NCBI GenBank assembly: GCA_905178155.1
Contig: CAJINV010000010.1
Coordinates: forward strand, 885,092 to 949,091
DNA length: 64,000 nucleotides
From: Amoebophrya sp. A120
Lineage: Eukaryota > Protista > Dinoflagellata
Direction: 5' to 3'
This document shows positions 44,501 through 56,500 of the stretch, piece by piece; within the stretch, counting starts at the first letter, position 1; each line of letters opens with the position of its first letter. A program made the position numbers and the translations under genes. The notes below the pieces were generated by a model. It worked only from the letters and a program-made list of their open reading frames with translations. It made no database searches and was not told the origin of the DNA.

Positions 44501-47500
44501 CTCCGCTTTGATATGGGGAGGGGGGATATTTCTTCTTGATATAGTTTTACCCGCCCTCCTACGACCTGCGAAGTTCGTCGGAGCTGGAGCTATCAAATGC
44601 AAATATGCCTGGGTCTGGAAGAGCGCCCTTGTTTGTCATGCATCTTTTGGATTACGCAAAGAAATGTAATGCACGCAAAAGCATTACAGGAACAGGTTTG
44701 CACAGGCCTTCTGGTATCTACTTATCCTGCATGAGAAATTCTCAATTTGCGTAGCACGAAATGCTGGGCAGCTTTTGGCGATCATGCAATACAACTTTTT
44801 GCCTATTCCATAATCCGCATCACAAGTTCCAACCTTCCAGACCCAGACATATTTGCAATGCATAGGAGGCCTTCTTCTGCGACGCGTTCTTTCACCGATT
44901 GGTATCGTATCCTGCGCAAAAGTATCGTACTCGTACTAATCGCAGCCATGCAAGACAAATTTCTTTTTCGAGCTAAAATCAGCATGAGAAATTCCATTTG
45001 TCATGCTGAGCTAATTTGTATTGCAATACTACGAGTACGATACTTTTGCAGTTCATATGTCGCAGAGACACACGCTATCAAAATGAAAAAAGCCCCCACC
45101 CCATATTCAAAAAGAACAAATTTCTGTTGCTGGATAATTTCCGTATACAAATCGGCACTGTTTTGCAGATATAAAATCTACTACTTGGCGGGATTTTCTA
45201 TGCCTGTCTGGGTTGTATCATGCAGGAGGCTAGCAATTAGGCATCTTGAACATAATTGCAGTAGATAGTCGAAAGTGCATGTTCTTGACAGACTGGCTGT
45301 GGAATGCGCCGCATGGCTTCCATTTTTACCCTATAGGCGAGATGACAGAGCTGATTTGTGGCCACAAATCAGCATCAGAGGTCTCCACTTTGAGTATGGG
45401 GAGGGGGGATTTACTTTCCTTTTGATACGCGAAGGCCTGCAAGCGGGTGATGCGCCGGCTGATGGAGAAAAGGCAGAAGCTCATCCTTGCGGAATTGGTG
45501 AACTACTTGAAAACCTGCAACAGGTCCGGGAGCGCGAGTCCGCCTTCGAAGACGAAGTTGGCGCAACTGCAGGCCTTAGTAGAGGAGGACGCCGGATTGG
45601 CAGACTTGGCAAATTGGTTCGAGAAACAAACCTGCACAACGGCCCGCAGCGCTACTAACGAAGAGACATCATCAAAAGCAAACAGTACTTCTGCACAACC
45701 CGCAGAGCTGCAGCCAGCAGCCATAATAACCTACAGAGAAAGGGAGGTGATCGGGAAATTTTTGGAGAAGAATAACTTTGCGCCACTAGGCGGTGGAAAC
45801 TACAGTGCATCCACTGCGACATCCTCGAATTCATCTGTGGTGGATAGCAGTAGTTCGTCTGCCCAGCAGGCAGACGGCCAGAGTAGTAGCGCGGTTGGGT
45901 CCAGTAGTTGTAGCAATAGCAATCTCAGTACTAGTTGTACTAACGCGAACGACCCGCTGCCACCGCTCGTGCCGCTGTCCACCGAAGGCGTGAACCCGCG
46001 GGCAGTGCTATGCTGTGTAAAAACGGGGCCCACACGACCCTATAGTCAAGATGGGACACAAATTTCCAACTTTTGGGAGGTCCGCATGAAAAGTTTCCAT
46101 CTGCAGCGTAGTGCTGATTTTTAGTAAGAAAAGCCGCTCGGGAAAGCAATTTGCTCATCATGTTTACAGCATTACAATGAATGCCAAAACACGATCGGAA
46201 ATGATGCCTCTCATGGAGATGCGCATTGCAAACGTTCTTGTCATTGCGCACTTGCATGACAACTCTGGGGAGGTGGGGGCCACGTTTTTGCTGAGGATAA
46301 GTGCAAGGAATCGAGGCCTGTCTGCACGAGTACTGCCAACTGTTTGAGCAGGCTCAGCGCGGGCCAGTGGACGACATTCCAACCTACTTGGAGGCGACAG
46401 CGAGGCCGTGGATGACCACCTACCTGGAGTCCTGCATCGACCACTGCCCCTGCTGCGTGGAGGACCACTTATGACAATGCACAGCTCCCCCTACTTGTTC
46501 CCTCATTTGTCATGCAAAACCGCAAATTATCCACCCTTTTTCTTTAGGCACTGCTTGCATGACACAGCCGAAACAGCACTAGAATCGGTCGCGAACAATT
46601 TGTCATGCAAAAGCTGCATTGATGCCAGGACTTGCATTGCTGTTCATGCAATACAAATGAGGGGGACGAGGAGGAGTTGTGCACTGTCATACCACCAGCT
46701 GAAAATCGAGAAGGTGGCGCTGGTATGAAATGCAAAAGCATCGCACTTTTGTAAATTGCATGACAAATTTGCCCTGCATGAGAAATGGAATCTGTAATGC
46801 TGTTGATTGACCTTAGGAAAAATATTTGTAATGCATAACTGCAATTGCTACGAGTACGATACTTTTGCACAGCATAGCTGGGCGCCCGCGTGTGCACGTT
46901 CGGCAAGGCCATCGCCCCGGTGGACCGCAACGGTAACGCGGTCAGTGGATATACCAGCGTTGAGTTGAGCAACGCCGCGACGGACCCGAGGAGCCCGGCG
47001 AACAAGATGGGCCAGCTATTCTGAGCAAAAACGTCCCCACCTCATAGTCAACATCGGAAAGCTGCTAGACAACTCAGCAAGCTTTGGCTTGTTGCGCATG
47101 ACAAGTTCATCTTTGGCCTCCTCGTGTAATAAATCCTGTTTAGCTAGTAGGTCAGCAGCATCACAGATCTAGCGCATCGTGCTGCTTGGAGCATCACAAA
47201 TTTCGAAACACGGCTAGAGCATGCGTCTCATGGGGCTGCGCATGAGAAACATTCTCAGCATTCAGATTTGCATTACAGCGATGGGGTGCGTGGGGTCGTT
47301 TTTACATAGGATGCCAGCTGCTCCGCAACGCCACCTTTGAAAAGCGAAAACTGGAGAGCAGCAATTCCGCCACGGATTTGGTATGTCCGAGCAGTCCCGA
47401 CCACCTGACGCGGCAAGACAGCGCCGCAGCCGCGTCGCACGCCTTTGTGCAGAAGAGTCCGAAAAACCTGCGCCGGGTGTCCGACACCAGTGCCTTTAAC

Positions 47501-50500
47501 GTGCCGGGGATGGGCTTCGGGAACTCGCTATGCAATACAAATTTCATATTCATCATTCTGTACACGACGTACTGCAAAATGCGTCACAATTTTCTCGCTT
47601 GATAGATTTAGAGTGTAAATAAAACACGACCTTCTTTATTCATGCTGACTAGAAGGATTGATGAAGGTATCAGGTGGTTTTGTCAGGCAGAAACCGCATT
47701 GCCGGTACGTGTGTGTGTGGGAAATTTGCTGTGGATAGTCGCCTAACGGGAAAGGACAGGCGTCAGAAGCCAACTCCCCCTCCAACGCGGCAAAACTCAG
47801 TGCGAGCAAGAGACACAGCAGCTCCTCGAGCTCCACCGTGAATGCATTCCGCGCGGCGATCGACCGGTCATTGTCAACCACCTTGCAATATCAAATGCAA
47901 AAGTGTCTGGGTCTGGAAGAGTGTAAACCTGTCATGCAGGTTTTCCATGACCCATGAGGTCTGGAATGCGGGACTTGGCATGACAGACTCTGTGAGGTCT
48001 CTGCCATGCCTATCCTGCAGGAGAAACTCCCTCCAAACTTGGTCAAAAGTGGATAGTTTCGGGCACTCACGCAACACAGATTTTTGAATGATTCGGATTT
48101 AGCATGACAAGTTGCAATCTTCCAGACCCAGACACTTTTGGAATCCATATGCAAATGAACAGCACGCTGAGAAATCAGAGATCCACAACCGACGACGCGG
48201 ACGACGCAGCGTCCACGAGCAGTGTCGGCCGGGCCAGTTCGCAGGCCGGCAACAACACGTCCACGACGAGTGGAAACGGTACGCACAACGCCGCGACCGT
48301 ATCACGGGGAAGCTGCAGCAGCAGTCACAATATGCATTGCAAATATGTAATGTGGGTCTGGAAGGATGCAAGGTTTGTCATGCTTGTCTGGCGTGACTGA
48401 AGAGTTTGTGATGCGTGTCCAAGAAGAGACCCTCTTGCTCGTCATGCAAGCCGCAGTCTGTCATGCGGAAAGCGCAGTAGTAAGCAGCGCAGATTTTTCT
48501 CATGCTTGACTGTGCATCACAGAGATGTCACTATTCACAACTCAGCATTACAAGTTTCCAGACCCAGATCGATATTTGCATTTGATACACAAAAAACGCC
48601 GGTCCAGTCGGAACTTTTTCAAGAGCAGCTCCGGCACAACTGCTGCGATGAACAGAAGCTCGTCTTCCATAGGAGCGCCCTCCCCTGCGAAGAAAAAGAA
48701 GAAGAAATCGAAGAAGAAACGAAAGAGCAGCTTGATAGGTCGACCGACGAACGGTAGTATGTTGGTAAAGGACGACGGAACCACGTCCAGTATCACCACC
48801 AATTTGGAAAACGGCACTGAACTGTCTGGGGCGGAATCACAGTCGGAATCCCAGTCGGAGAACAATGACGACGCGGAGGACCTGCATTCCGGGGGGGAAG
48901 AGGAGCACGGGATGAAAATGAGCTCCGGTATCAACTGCAAATATGTCTGGGTCTGAAATAAACTTGTGATGCTGAATGGCGTACCATGATGAGGCCACAA
49001 GTGACGGCTCAGCATGACAAGTTTCTGAGCTTCTAGGTGTTGCCTATTGTGCATGGCAAACTGTAACTGCGTTTCTACATCACAGAAAGTTGGGGCTTTA
49101 GGGTAACGTGCATGACAGACTTGAGAGCTTTGCTAGCAGAGCATGAGAAAGTTGCATTCTTCCAGACCCAGGGATATTTGCAATGCATATCCGGCGACGA
49201 GGAGCAAGATAATTGCACTCCTGACGATGCTGCTGGCGAATGTGTTGACATAAAAAATGACGAAGAGAAGAGATTAGGCGTCGGGAGTACTAGTGGTCCG
49301 CCGGGTGGTGCGGCTTCGGCAAGTATGGATTGCAAAAATGTCTCGGTCTGGAAGAGTGCAAGAACTTGTGATGCTATTTTTGGAATCTAAAAAAGTCTGT
49401 ATTGCATGAGCAGCAAGAGGCGTCCAGTTTTTGCTCCGCGGAGAGGGCATTTGTCATGCGGGATGGGCATCAAGATACCCGCAAAAAATCTGTCATGCTA
49501 GGTCATGCATTACAGGCAAGGCATCATAGCCCATGAAAAATATGCATGACAAACCTTGAAATCTTCCAGACCCAGACATTTTTACAGTTGATAGCAAGAA
49601 CGGTGCAACCGGTGGTGTTTCAGCAGCTGCAGAAACACGAACAGAAGATGCGAAACCTGTACAAATATCAAATGCAAAAATGTCTGGGTCTGGAGGGTCA
49701 GAACTTGTGATGCTAACTTCGGACTCTAAAAAAGCCTGTATTGCATGACCAGCAAGAGGAGTCTAGTTTGTGCTACGCGGGGAGGGCGTTTGTCATGCGG
49801 AGTAAGCATCAGGAAGCCCTCTAGAAATCTGTGATGCTAGCAGGTCGTGCATTACAGACATCCTGGGTCATGCAAAACATACATGAGAAGTCTCAGAATC
49901 TTCCAGACCCAGACGCTTTTGCATTTGATACCAAAAATAGCAGGCTGATGTCGGACTCGCTACCCGAGGTGGCAGATGTCCGGGAGCAAGTGAAAGCGAG
50001 GGTCAGGGCAGTAGTGGGAGGCGGAGCTGCGCCGGGGGCCACTTCTAGTGGTCTGACAGATTCTAGCGCCGCGGGTACGTCTATCGGTACAACAGGTGGC
50101 GACAAAGCTAGAAAGGCGGAGGAACTACTGGAGAGAGAGCAATCTCCTACTCCTTCCACCAGAAATAGTAGTAATCGCGCGAGGATGGTGGATCTGCATT
50201 GCATCGAAGTGCCGACAACTACAACAGCTTCTCGTGCCGCGCATGCAGCAAGAACTGGCATTGACGTCGACCACCAGGATCAGGAGGATGAGACGGAGGC
50301 GATTATAAAACAGGTAGAGCATATCGCAAGAAAAAACTGTGGTAGTTCTTGCACTGTGAAGAGCTTGTGATGTTGCAGAGAATGAAAAGCAAAAGTGTTT
50401 GTCGTACTACACCCGCAAGAGAAGTTATTGGATGTTTAATTGTGTTTATTTCCCTTCACTTGGGAGGCGCGCATGGCAGATTTATTCCTGTGTCATGATG

Positions 50501-53500
50501 ATGTATTAATGCACTTCTTGCAAAAAAAATCTATCATCGATCACAGTGAAGAAACAGTTTTTTTTTCGTGGGATAGAGCAGGTTATGGCCGAGGGGGAAG
50601 AGGAAGAGGTGGACGCCGTAACGGATGATGACGATATGGATTGGAAAAATGTCTGAGTCTGGAAGATTGGAACTTGTAATGCTAGCTCTCCGTACCTAGA
50701 AAATCTGTATTGCGCCATAACCAACAAAAGTCACAGCGTCTTTTGTCATGCAAAAACGCAGTTTCTCATGCGGATTGCCTATGAGAAAGCGTTTTGGGAA
50801 GTTGTCATGCCGGACTGCATTCGGAAGCGTTTTCATCATGCACATCTTAGCATCACAAGTTTCCAGACCCAGACATTTTTGCATTTGATAGACGAAGATG
50901 AAAACCAACAAGACGAGGAAATAAACGAATACGAGGACTTCGTCATTCCAAGGTCGCCTTCGCCGGATCGCGGATCGAGAAACGAAAAGATAGACCTGAT
51001 TGTAGGCAACCTGCAGAAAAAAGACAAGAAAAACACGACGAGTTGTAGTAAAAAAGCGACCGGAGGAGCTGCAGCTGGTACAACCAATGACGCGTCGGAC
51101 AGCGGGGGGCTGTCTTCCACGGACACGGGGGCCTCGGACACCGACGAGCTGACTGAATCTTCGGAAGAAATTATTGGGAGGAAAAATCCCCCCTCCACCG
51201 CATATTGGACAGGAAATTTGGTTTGCTGGATTTGCGTACACAAGTCGGTTTGTATTGCCAGAAGGGCAAGAGACGCAGGCGTGGCCGTGTTTGCGGGCAA
51301 TTTGCCATGCTGTTCCCCACTTCCAGTTGTCTCCTGTCATGCTGAACATGCAAGGCCTTGTTCGCACGCCAGCCAGGAGCACTACATTTCGTATCTTTTG
51401 CCTTCTAGCATGACAACATGACTTGTGGTCGCGAATCGTGCTACACAAATCCCCGTCTTTATATGGGGACGAGGGGGATTTTTCATTTTGATAGAAATGG
51501 ACGAAAAAGCGAGGCAGTACCGCTTCATCGAGCACATTAAGGAAATCTTTCGCCAAAACTGGAGTCAGATGGGAACAAGTAGTGGCGGTCGTGGGAGTTC
51601 TTGTATAACCAAGAACAATAGCACGAGTGGTTTGAGTTTGACTACGTCTACGGAGACGGACTCCTCGTCCAGAATAAATCCACCAGGAGTGCCGGACAGT
51701 GTAGAGTCTATCATCGACCGGCTCTACGATGTGTATGCGGATAGCGAGACCAGGGGGACAACGAAAAAATACTGCCGAGCGATGGAAAAGCAATCCAATG
51801 GCCGGGACGATTTCAGTTTCTTCTACTCTCAGGATGCGAAGGTAGTACAAGATGAATATATCAATTTCTATTGGACGTTGATTGTTTGCCTGTTTCGATA
51901 ACTTGTCGTGCATGTTGCACAAGGATTTCTGTCGTGCTCGTGCAACAAGAAGTAAGTACATTACATATGAAAGCGATGTTTCAACACCTACTATTCCACA
52001 CAGCTCGCAAAAACCCCGGAGGAGCGGCGACGGGCGGAGATCGAGATCCAGAAAAACCGTGCGTTGTACAGTGAACGGAGTGACAAGATCACAGCGGAGT
52101 ACACCGAGGAAGATGCGTTTTTGGATGCGCTGCTAAAGGCCATGCCCCGATCCTTCCACACCTTTTACGGCGACGCGGCGGCCTACATTTTCAAGTCGCC
52201 GCACCTTTCCCGTGGACGGGGATTGAAAGTGATGACTTGCATATCGCAAGAAAAAACTGTGAACTTGTGATGCATAGAATGGAACACGGAACTATTTGTC
52301 TTGCTACACCTGCAAGACCTTCTTGACTCTTTATTAACGGCGTTTTCCCTTTGGAAGTGCGCGTGCCAAATTTTCTCCGTCACGTGTAAGAAACTTGTGA
52401 TGCAGATCTTGCACAATCATCTTCATCACAGTGAAACAGTTTTTTCGAGGGATATTGCAGGGGAAAGCTACGCCCAATGCTCGAGGAGGCGTACTTTTTT
52501 ATTTGTGAATTATCAGTCTGTTTCTTCAATAGATCTTTCCTGCATAACATGCAACATCTGTACACAAAAGCGTTTTCGTTCTTATATGAGCGAAACGAAA
52601 CTCAAAATAGAAAAAAATGCAAACATTCAGGTATTCGCGCTCCGCCCTGAACCAGCGCTGGTTTTGCATCGTCCAGAAGTATCTCGAGAAACCCTTTCTC
52701 GTTGACTACCGGGGGGAGTGCGTCAAGTGCGATTTGCGGCTGTGGGTGAGCGCCTTGAATTGGAACCCGGTGGTTGCGCTGGTGCACCACCAACCCTATT
52801 TCCGGTTCGCAACCAAGCCCTTCGGATTTTCGAGGGTAAAGCAAGACCAGCGGGCGCACTTGACCAACCGAACGATCCAGGAGACCAACGATGGCGTGGC
52901 GAAGGGAGCGGAGGACGACGACCCCGACTACCAGCTGGTTTTCGAAGAGTTTCTGAATTATTTGCGGAAAAACTACGGGGAGCCCTGGGTCGAGAGGTGG
53001 CACAGTTTCACCTGGCCACTGATGCTCGACGCCGCCCGGTGCGCCTTGCTCGCTTCGCAGGACGCCGTGACCCACGCGCACTTCACCTACACGAAAAAAG
53101 CCGCCTCGAAGCTGGAGCGTGTGGGGCGGCAGGTGCAGGACGGGCCGAAGGCGTTCGAGCTCTACGGGGTGGATTTTTCCCTGGACTACGAACTGCGGCC
53201 CTGGTTGCTGGAAGCGAACGTATCGCCGGACTTGCTGGGACACAGCGGAAAGACGCTGAAGCAGCAGTCGCGGGACGCGCTCGACGAGCTGCTGACCATC
53301 GTGCTGAAGGAGCCAAAATTATCAAACAAAAAAGTTCATCGTCAGAATCACGCATGCGCATTGTTGCAATACAAAACTTTCTGTCATGCGTAAAAATGCA
53401 TCACAGCCAAACTTCATAAGGGATCTCGTCCCTAGTGTTTCTGCAATACAAGGAAAAGCTGTCAACGTGCTAAAAAAAAATGTGTAATGCAAAGCCTGCA

Positions 53501-56500
53501 AGTTAGTGACTGTGATAAACTTTTTCGCGCCATGAAAATCGGTGCCGATCGGGATGCAGAACGTGGTGCAGAACCCGAAGATCGCCGGGCAGAATTTCAC
53601 CCCGAACATTCCGCACAGCTGTCTGCCCCCGAATATCCTGTGCAAAAGTATCGTACTCGTATAAATGCAAGTCTTGCATTACAAAAACAAATCCTTTTCT
53701 TAAGGTAAATCGAAATCCGCATTACAAATTTTATTTCTCATGCTGAGGGAATTTGTAATGCATTTATACCTGAACCTGTGCGAAGATACTTGTGCAATGC
53801 ATACCGAACATTGCGCGGCAGAAGGTGTGCTGCAACGACAGCACCTGTTTCACGCGACACGGCGTCAACCTGGTTCCGCCCGCGCTGGTGTGCGGGTACC
53901 AAATCGGCGAGAAGAAATGGTCACTGTTTCTGAAGGGGCCCCGCTACGAACCAGTGGAGCTCGCGGACCAGTTTTCCCGGCGGAAGGCCATCGAGTGGAG
54001 CAAGCGCGCACCGTACGCGCAGAGCTGCTCGAACAACAAGGAAAGCGCGCAGCCGGGACACGAGGCCGTGATCCGGAGGTTGCTCCTGAACACGCCCTAC
54101 AGTAGGGTGTCGAAGGAACAAGCGGAACAATTACTGAAGAAGAACGGGGGGCAGCTGTCTTCCAGCCCGAAGTCCCCGAAGAGACCCTGGAACGCAGTGA
54201 AGTCGCACTTTGAGCGCGACCGCGAGAAGATGGAGTACTACAAAAAGTTCCAAAGCGGGAATATGAGTAACGCAGCCTCTATCAAGTCCAAATATGTCTC
54301 GGTCTGGAGGATAGCAAGATTTGTCATGCTAGTCTGGCACGACTCTGCACTCTGTATTGCGTGGCCACAAACGGCCTCTCTCATTTGTCATGCAAAAACG
54401 CAGCTTCTCATGCGGAATACTTACGCAGCACAGAAGCACGAAAAAACTTGTCATGCTTGGCTGCGCATTAGAGTTCACCTTCACTTATTGTTCACTGACT
54501 TGCATCGCAAGTTTCCAGACCCAGACATATGTGCAATGCATAGCCTCCTCCCCCAAAATCGGCGCCTCCGCTGCAAGCGAGATGATGCAGGAACAAGGAG
54601 CCAAAGACTCTCCGAGGACCAAGATGTTGAACCAAATCTCGGATGCGGCGGAATTCGTGTCCAATGTGTTGAAAGGGAGCAAGGAGCGGATGGGACAGTT
54701 GGGAAGTGGCGCCTCATCATCATCTCCCGGCATACCCGGCTGCGAGTTTGGGTTGACCAAATCTGGGCGCCCACGGACCAGCGGAAACAGTATCGTGCAC
54801 AATCTGTCCTGCGAGATCCTGCCGACGATCCCCTCCAACACCAACGACAGCGAGAATGCCGACGTGGAGATCAACGGGGCAGTCAACGACGTCAGCTTAA
54901 CGACCCCGAATGACGACGTGCTGGCGGGAAACCCGCAGTCGGGCACATCGCCGATATCAAATGCAAAAATGTCTGGATCTGGAAGATTCTGAGACTTGTC
55001 ATGCATGTTTTGCATCATGACCCAGCATGTCTGTACTGCACGACCTAGCATGACAGATTTTTAGTGGGCTTCCTGATGCCTACTCCGAATGACAAACATC
55101 CTCCCCGCGTAGCACAACTCCTCTTGCTGCTCATGCAATACAGATTTTCTTAGAGTCCAAAGTTAGCATCACAAGTTCCAAACTTCCAGACCCAGACATT
55201 TTTGCATTTGATAACCGAGCTCGAATAACAAATCTCCGCAGTTGTTGTTTCTCAACAATTATCCTCTGGCGCAATAACTTATATCGCACTCGTATGATAG
55301 TAGGTGGTGCAGTCTGGCATGACAGATCTACCTTCGTATACCTGAAACTGCATGAGAAGTTGTTCTATTCGTGGATATTGATGAACTGTTTCTGATGCAA
55401 TAAATTTGTTCGTACTACTACTAGTGCGATACATAGTTTTTGCAATGCATCACAAGCAGCAAGACCAGTCACTGTCCCCAGTTTTGGTCCGAAACTCGCA
55501 GGAAGAGCTAGACTCTGTCGCGGCCTACTACGCGCAAAGTCCCACGACGCCGATGCAGCAGCACAGCCCGGGACTTCTCGCGGAACAGCATCAAGCGGGT
55601 GGTACTAGTGGTAGTCAGGCAGGGATGATGAACTGGCAACCGAACAACAAGGCGGTGTCTCTATCCTATGTGAAAACGTCCCCACCCCAGAGTTATCATG
55701 CAAATGCGCATGGTAAAAATGCTTCTCATGCGGAGCCCCATGAGAGGCATTTTCTAGTCGTGTTTTGGAATTTGTCATGCTCTAATACGCATGCTATGCC
55801 AAATCTGTCATGCTGCTGAGCAAGCTAAACTGGATTACACTACGAGGCCAAACTTGTCATGCGCAGCAGCCAAAGCTGGTTGATTTGTCTAGCAGATTCC
55901 CCAACTTGACGATGGGGTGGGGACGTTTTTGCTCAGGATAGTCGCCTACACTCTTTTCCGCCGCGGCCTTGGGGAAAAACAAGCAGTACGAAGGCAGCCC
56001 CTCGTACGGAAGCGTCAGGATTGAAATCGTCAAAGTTGAAATAGTTTGTGATGCATAAAATGCAACCCGCAAAATGTCTGTCTTGCAGAGTAGGCAAGGG
56101 AGGCAGATTGCAAGCCTATTGAAGGGTGGGAATCGGGCTGCTAAAGTAGCATGACAAAAGGCGTCTGCCTTACCCAAGCAGCATGACAAACTGGATTTCG
56201 GTTCTACCCAAATTTGTCATGCGCCAGTTAGAAACTGGGTTACAGCTGGCATTTGTTTTTATGCATCACAAATCATAATTTCACCTTTGTGGATTTCGAT
56301 CCTGACGCTTCCATACCTCGGAACAGTGGGTCGTCGAATCGTTTTCGCCGAACCATCTAATGACGGCAAACGTGCTCGCAGTGCAGGGAGCGGTCGCGAA
56401 CCGGAGCAACACGGCGTCGAAATCTTCTGCCACAGGCTCCACAGTGTCCGGCGCGAGCGCGACGACCAGCTCGAGTAATCTACAGAACAACAGCCAAGCT

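Noticed and set aside
47889-49930. Regularly recurring 30-bp repeat as a CRISPR array
   Set aside because: Repeats come as inverted pairs hundreds of bases apart, the intervening DNA is exon or repeated element interior, the context is eukaryotic and there are no cas genes.
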